From the NCBI GenBank assembly GCA_913041135.1, contig CAJWIF010000002.1:741-64740 (forward strand): a stretch of 64,000 nt of DNA, given 5' to 3'. Below, piece after piece: positions 58,495-64,000 of this stretch. Under the pieces are notes generated by a model that made no database searches, was not told the origin of the DNA, and saw nothing but the letters and a program-made list of their open reading frames with translations. The first letter of the stretch is position 1. Each line of letters opens with the position of its first letter. This DNA is from an uncultured Flavobacteriales bacterium. Lineage in GTDB: Bacteria; Bacteroidota; Bacteroidia; Flavobacteriales_D; Sanyastnellaceae. The position numbers and the translations under genes were made by a program.

Positions 58495-61400
58495 GTGACA
58501 ATAAGCGAGCAAAAGCCTGAATTTCTGATTGTTCGAGCCTCAGCGGGTTCAGGAAAAACCTTTCGGCTGGTGCAAGAGTATCTACGCTGTTGCTTGCAAG
58601 TAGATGATCCAACCTACTTCAGAAAAATTCTGGCCATCACCTTTACAAATAAGGCAGCACAAGAAATGAAAGACCGCGTCCTTCGAGACGTGCAAGCTGT
58701 AGCTGAAGGTGAAGGGGTCATGTTTGACAGGCTCCAAGAGGTTTTGGATGTAGCACCCGATGAGATGCAAAGGCGAGCGAAAGCACTGGGTCAAAGCATG
58801 CTTTTTCGCTACGAGGACTTTGGTGTTATGACCATTGATAGTTTTGTCAATCGCTTGGTTCGAAGTTTTGCCCGGGATTTGGAATGGGATGAAGCGTTTC
58901 AAATTGAGTTGGATGAGGACCAGTTGATCGATCAAGCTGTAGGACGTGTTTTGAGTCGAGTGGGTCTTCCAGGGGAAGAAGCGTTAACTTCTATGCTGGA
59001 AGGATTTGTGCGCCAACAAGTCGATGAAGAGCGCAATGCGATGCTTCGATCGCAGTTGGTGAAGTTTGGAAAACAGGTCACACGCGAACACATGCAGCCC
59101 GTTTTGAGGGCTCTGCCTCCAGATGAATGGCCCACAGAACGTTTTGGTCAGTATCGAAAGGAAATCAAGGCGTATTTAAACGAAACCTTTTCTGTTCCGA
59201 TTGAAAAGGCCAAAAACGCCCAGAAGGCCATTCGAGATGCGGGTTTGACCGCTTCGGATTTTTCACATGGGGCGTTACCGAGTTGGCTTGCCAAAGTGGC
59301 GAAGGGTCAGGGGAGAGATGCGGCACTCGGAGTGCGATTGACGACTCAATTTGAATCTGCTGGATTTGGGAAGACCAAAACAGCCCCAGCTACTTTGGAA
59401 GCATTGGAAAGTCTTGGCGCTGTGTTCGAAGCGGTTCGCGATGCGTGGGAGTCTGTGCACACCGGGGAAGCCGGGCAAAAACACAAGATGTTGGCTCACC
59501 TTCAAGAACGGGCGAGTCTCATTGGAACGTTGGCATTGATTCGAGATGCGTTGGAGGAAGTACAAGTGGAATCCAATGTGCGATTGCTCTCCTCGTTGAA
59601 TCGAGAGATTGCTGATTTGGTACGAGACAATCCAGCTCCCTACATTTTTGAACGGTTAGGCAACCGATATCAGCATATTTTTATCGACGAGTTTCAGGAT
59701 ACGTCCATCACCCAGTGGCACAATTTGGTGCAGTTGTTTGAACACATTTTATCTACGCGTCACATGGGGATGGTTGTGGGTGATGGAAAACAAGCGATTT
59801 ACCGATGGCGCAATGGCAATTATGAGCAGTTGCAAGCTTTGCCGAATTTGATTGACAATCCTGGACCTGTACTGTTAGAAGCCGCAGAATCCTTGAAGCG
59901 AAGTGCGAAGCCATTGAACTTGGAAAACAATTTTCGCTCAGGGAAAGCTATAGTCGCTTGGAATAATCGGCTTTTTAGGCGAATCCAGAGCATGCTTCCA
60001 AGCGATTTGCAGTCGGTTTACGATGCTCCGGATCAAGTGGCGATGAAGGAATTTGATGGGGCGGTACATGCCACATGTTTGGTGGATAAAAAAGTGGAAG
60101 ATCGAGAGCGGAAACGGCATGAGTGGGTCCTGCAGAGAATTCTAAAGCATACCGGTGGACAGTTGGTGAAAACGGAAGGCCAAATGCGATTCCAAGCCAC
60201 GGATTCAGATGGACATTTCAAGCTTTCGGACATCGCGGTATTGATGCGCAAAAACAGAGATGGCGCAGCACTCGCACAATTCTTGTTGGATCACGGGATC
60301 ACCCCGTTTACTTCAGAAAGTTTGCACTTGGGTAGACACCCGGCACCGCGTGGGGTGATCGCACTGCTTCGAAGTATTTTGGAGCCCCTCAACCAGGTGC
60401 ACGTCATTGACTTTCTTCAGTGTTTCACTGCGCTGCATCCTGAGACGGATGAAGCGAAGTGGTTGTGGGAACATCATGAGATCGAACGCTTTGTCACGGC
60501 GGATGGTCAAGAACGTGAACGTGGCGTGATTCACTCGGAGGCTTTGCTCAAGAAATTGGTCCCTGAATTGAAATTGGAGGAACGAAGTGCAGAGCCGTTG
60601 GTGGCTCTTATTGGCCATTGTTTTGAAGCACTGGGTTGGAGCAAAAGTCATCCAGCCTATGCGGAGGGATTGTTGGAATTGGCTCACGAAGTGAGCGGTC
60701 AGCGAAGATCTGGATTGCCTGCATTCCTTGAATCGTGGGACCGTAGAGGTCACAAGCGGAGCATTCGTGTCAGTGGAGCTCAGGGTGCCGTTCAAATCAT
60801 GACGCCGCATAAGGCGAAAGGCTTGGCTTTCCCGATTGTGATTGCCCCTATGGTTCACGATAAAATAGCCGCGTTTAAAGACGAACTTCCTGTGTTGTTG
60901 GATCAGAAAAAGTATGGACTGCCTGCGGCATTGCTCCGCGATTCTGATTTAAAAGACACAGAATTGGGAACGGAACGGCAGCGGGAGATTGATCGCACGT
61001 TACTCGACGGATTGAATGTGGCGTATGTGACCTCAACGCGTCCAATCGAACGGCTCGATGTGTTGCTCGAATTCGAAGTGGAAGGCGTTCATGCAGAAGG
61101 GCCGAAAAGTTTGCCTCAATTGCTTTTGCAAAGCATGGAACAGGAGTTTGTGTCGGAACAAGCAGGAGACGGGATGTGGGGCCTCGGGACTGAAGACCGC
61201 AAGGCAACCGAACTGGGGAATGCGGAATCTCAAGTGACCATTCGGGAAACGGCTTTAAAGGCGGGAGGAGCCATTCGTGCCATCGTCGCACGGCCCAAAG
61301 GATCTTGGTCTGAAGCCATGCCGGGAGGTGCCCTCAGCCAACGGACATACGGAAACGCCGTGCACGGTCTCTTGGCTCAGGTTGGACAACGCTCCGATTG

Positions 61401-61767
61401 GGATAACATTCAACCGAGACTGGGCTCTTCCTTCGGGATGGATCCGGAGCAGCGAGATGAGGTCGTGAAAGCAGTGGAAGACGTGCTGTTCCATGCGGAA
61501 TGGAAACGTTTCTTTGAGGCGCCTGTAGATTACCGTTTTGCTGAACGGCCGCTGCGCTTGTCATCGGGTGAAGTTGGACGTCCAGATCGTGTGGTGAAAC
61601 TTGAGGACGGTTGGCACGTGTTGGACTACAAAACAGGAACACCAGACAAGAAGCACCATCTTCAGGTGAAGAGCTACATGGACGCCATCGCGGAAATGGA
61701 GCTTGGAAAGAAGGTGTTCGGTTGGCTGCTGTATACCCGAGACTTGGTAATCGTTCCAGTCGATTGA
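58495..61767 (+). CDS. UvrD/Rep-type helicase with C-terminal PD-(D/E)XK nuclease, AddA-like
   Basis: Walker A ASAGSGKT, motif II IFIDEFQDTS, and a C-terminal nuclease GRPDRVVKLEDGWHVLDYKTG. No in-frame ATG precedes the Walker A. GTG 58495 gives a typical short N-terminus; the track uses TTG 58405, only 10 nt from the divergent mbnP-like start. Confidence 0.8.
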   Translation: MTISEQKPEFLIVRASAGSGKTFRLVQEYLRCCLQVDDPTYFRKILAITFTNKAAQEMKDRVLRDVQAVAEGEGVMFDRLQEVLDVAPDEMQRRAKALGQSMLFRYEDFGVMTIDSFVNRLVRSFARDLEWDEAFQIELDEDQLIDQAVGRVLSRVGLPGEEALTSMLEGFVRQQVDEERNAMLRSQLVKFGKQVTREHMQPVLRALPPDEWPTERFGQYRKEIKAYLNETFSVPIEKAKNAQKAIRDAGLTASDFSHGALPSWLAKVAKGQGRDAALGVRLTTQFESAGFGKTKTAPATLEALESLGAVFEAVRDAWESVHTGEAGQKHKMLAHLQERASLIGTLALIRDALEEVQVESNVRLLSSLNREIADLVRDNPAPYIFERLGNRYQHIFIDEFQDTSITQWHNLVQLFEHILSTRHMGMVVGDGKQAIYRWRNGNYEQLQALPNLIDNPGPVLLEAAESLKRSAKPLNLENNFRSGKAIVAWNNRLFRRIQSMLPSDLQSVYDAPDQVAMKEFDGAVHATCLVDKKVEDRERKRHEWVLQRILKHTGGQLVKTEGQMRFQATDSDGHFKLSDIAVLMRKNRDGAALAQFLLDHGITPFTSESLHLGRHPAPRGVIALLRSILEPLNQVHVIDFLQCFTALHPETDEAKWLWEHHEIERFVTADGQERERGVIHSEALLKKLVPELKLEERSAEPLVALIGHCFEALGWSKSHPAYAEGLLELAHEVSGQRRSGLPAFLESWDRRGHKRSIRVSGAQGAVQIMTPHKAKGLAFPIVIAPMVHDKIAAFKDELPVLLDQKKYGLPAALLRDSDLKDTELGTERQREIDRTLLDGLNVAYVTSTRPIERLDVLLEFEVEGVHAEGPKSLPQLLLQSMEQEFVSEQAGDGMWGLGTEDRKATELGNAESQVTIRETALKAGGAIRAIVARPKGSWSEAMPGGALSQRTYGNAVHGLLAQVGQRSDWDNIQPRLGSSFGMDPEQRDEVVKAVEDVLFHAEWKRFFEAPVDYRFAERPLRLSSGEVGRPDRVVKLEDGWHVLDYKTGTPDKKHHLQVKSYMDAIAEMELGKKVFGWLLYTRDLVIVPVD

Positions 61768-61853
61768 GACATAATTCGTTCGAAGTGTGTGTTTTGAGCG
61801 GGTCTGTGTAACTTGCTCCTCGACTGAATATCAACTGCCTTAGTCACCCTCCC

Positions 61854-64000
61854 ATGGTTCGATTTTTCCTGACATGTTTTGCAACCTGCTGCTATGCATT
61901 TGCATGCGCTCAAATGACTGACGCTTCTTCCATTGAAAACGGGAAAGTCGTCATTCAAAAAGGCTACATCATCCCAAAAACGTACGAATCTGTTATGGGT
62001 GAATCGCGGGCCGATGCTTGCGCGCCAGCAACGGCATTGCGGGATTTGGAATGGAACAATGTGCGGGCTTTGATTGAAAATGCGGGAGCGCTGTGGTACA
62101 ACCGAGCCATTGATAAGGGTGCATTCATGGTTCCCAAGGAAGAAGGGGTGTCCGTTGTGTACGGAGGAGCTTTGTGGATGGGAGGCATCAGTCCGGATCA
62201 GCAATTGAAATTGGCGGCGGTTCGGTACCGCAATACAGGCAATGACTTTTGGCCCGGTCCATTGACCAATACAGGGGCTGCCGAGGTTGGTCCAGCCGTA
62301 TGCGAACAGTACGATAAATTTGCCATCTCACAACGAGCGGATGCGATGCGCCATCGCCAGTATTTCGATTGCACGGCGGATCCGGAATGTGACATGGAAG
62401 AGCAATTCCCAAACGGGTATAGCATTCCCGCTTATTTCTTTGATTATCCGGCACATGGAAATGTGAGTTTGAATCAAGATTTCTACTTGTCGCCGTTCAT
62501 GGATTATGATGCGAATGGGTTTTATGATCCTTCAGCGGGAGATTATCCGTGGTACGATTTTCTGCAAGAAATCGATTGTGCAGAACGTCGTCGTGAAGAT
62601 CCCGTTCCGTTGTACGGAGATCAGACGTACTACTGGATTTTCAATGATAAGGGCAACATCCATTCGGAGTCACAAGGAGAGCCGATTGGTATGGAAATTC
62701 GTGCTCAGGCCTTTGCATTCTCGACCAACGATGAGGTCAATAACATGCAGTTTTACAACTATGTGGTGATCAACCAGGGAACACAAACATTGACGGAAAC
62801 GTATTTCGCGCAATGGGTGGATTGCGACTTGGGAGGGCACGTGGACGATTATGTGGGAGTGGATGTGCGCCGTGGATTGGGGTACGCTTACAATGGCGAT
62901 GCCTTTGATGAAGCAACGAGTTATTCCATTGGGTACGGGAGCAATCCACCGGCGATGGGAGTGGACTTTTTTGAAGGACCGTACCAAGATTCAGATTCCA
63001 TTGACAACCCGCTGACAACGGTTTTTACCGATGCCATTGACTCCTTGGGAATCCCATACAGTGGCATAGGCATCGGATACGGCGATGGGATCAAAGACAA
63101 CGAGCGCTATGGGATGCGGAAGTTCATCTATTACAATTGGAATTTTGGAATCAACGGCCAGCCGACCTTGGCTGCGCAGTACTACAATTACATGCGCGGA
63201 TACTGGAAGAATGGTCAACGCATGGCTTATGGAGGAGATGGGTTGACCCCAGCCACAGGGGCCAATTTGGAAATTGAAGCGGATTATATGTTTCCTGGTG
63301 ACACGGATCCATACCAGTGGGGCACCGCAGGAGTCGGAGTGGAACCATGGACGGAGGTGGGTGCTGGGAATCCGGCGGGTGACCGCTTGTTTTTGCAGTC
63401 CGCAGGGCCATTTACATTGGAGCCTGGTGACTTCAATAACATTACGGTGGGCATGGTTTGGGCCCGTGCAACAGGAGGGGAGCCATTTGAGAGTGTAGAG
63501 CTGTTGAGATTGGCGGATGACAAGGCACAAGCGTTATTTGACAACTGTTTCGAGATTGTCTCCGGGCCGGATGCGCCGGACATCTCCATTCAAGAGTTGG
63601 AGAATGAGCTGATTCTGTATTTGACCAATGACAACCCCATCTCGAATAATTATCAGGAAGAATACACTGCGATGGATCCTTCCATACCAACGGAGTTGGA
63701 AGATGGGTCGGTGCTCACGGACGAGGAACGCAGTTATGTTTTTGAAGGCTATAAAGTGTATCAGCTTTCGGATAAGACGGTCAGTCCTTCCGATTTGGGC
63801 GACATCAACAAGTCCCGACTGATCGCGCAGTGCGATTTGCAAAATGGAGTTAGTCAGGTAATCAATTACACCTTCGATGCGGTCATGGGAACCCCCGTCC
63901 CCACGTTAGAAGCGGACGGCGCAGACAACGGAATTTTCCATAGCATGAGTGTCACCACAGATGCCTTTGCGCAAGGAGACAACCGGTTGGTCAACCACAA
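61854..64000 (+). CDS. large secreted hypothetical protein, 3' end beyond the window
   Basis: From ATG 61854 the frame stays open to the window end (hand-translated, at least 715 codons). It is absent from the ORF track because it has no stop. Signal peptide MVRFFLTCFATCCYAFACAQ. Only short shadow ORFs occupy the other frames here. Family not recognised. Confidence 0.6.
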   Translation, partial: MVRFFLTCFATCCYAFACAQMTDASSIENGKVVIQKGYIIPKTYESVMGESRADACAPATALRDLEWNNVRALIENAGALWYNRAIDKGAFMVPKEEGVSVVYGGALWMGGISPDQQLKLAAVRYRNTGNDFWPGPLTNTGAAEVGPAVCEQYDKFAISQRADAMRHRQYFDCTADPECDMEEQFPNGYSIPAYFFDYPAHGNVSLNQDFYLSPFMDYDANGFYDPSAGDYPWYDFLQEIDCAERRREDPVPLYGDQTYYWIFNDKGNIHSESQGEPIGMEIRAQAFAFSTNDEVNNMQFYNYVVINQGTQTLTETYFAQWVDCDLGGHVDDYVGVDVRRGLGYAYNGDAFDEATSYSIGYGSNPPAMGVDFFEGPYQDSDSIDNPLTTVFTDAIDSLGIPYSGIGIGYGDGIKDNERYGMRKFIYYNWNFGINGQPTLAAQYYNYMRGYWKNGQRMAYGGDGLTPATGANLEIEADYMFPGDTDPYQWGTAGVGVEPWTEVGAGNPAGDRLFLQSAGPFTLEPGDFNNITVGMVWARATGGEPFESVELLRLADDKAQALFDNCFEIVSGPDAPDISIQELENELILYLTNDNPISNNYQEEYTAMDPSIPTELEDGSVLTDEERSYVFEGYKVYQLSDKTVSPSDLGDINKSRLIAQCDLQNGVSQVINYTFDAVMGTPVPTLEADGADNGIFHSMSVTTDAFAQGDNRLVNH

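Overview
This 64-kb window looks like a gene-dense chromosomal segment of a Bacteroidota (Flavobacteriia-like) bacterium. Three things support that: type IX secretion (T9SS) genes, many T9SS C-terminal sorting tails, and nine intergenic, correctly oriented perfect matches to the Bacteroidota -7 promoter box TAnnTTTG. I call about 46 protein-coding genes. I found no rRNA, tRNA, CRISPR array, transposase, integrase or phage gene, and nothing resembling a defence island.

Most genes are housekeeping: tag, proline dehydrogenase, an M20 dipeptidase, maeB, ruvA, gcvH, tonB, ribF, atpDC, rlmH, nadC, murB and an AddAB-like helicase-nuclease pair. Mixed among them are T9SS machinery (sprA, a porP/sprF-family gene) and at least seven predicted T9SS cargo proteins.

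The best candidates for uncharacterised biology are:
1. 14958-22869: an envelope cluster with four CxxC thioredoxin-fold proteins, two of them T9SS-exported, plus two outer-membrane barrels.
2. 4909-8522: a divergent pair of a PQQ-type sugar dehydrogenase and a pentaheme cytochrome c, both with T9SS tails.
3. 55997-58394: a translationally coupled MbnP-like / MauG-MbnH-like dihaem peroxidase / YkgJ operon with no methanobactin genes nearby.
4. 856-1995: a cutinase/PETase-like esterase with a T9SS tail.

None of these is proven to be a new system. All family assignments come from motif reading by eye and need HMM and synteny checks. Several start codons are uncertain because the ORF track uses the longest alternative-start ORFs.
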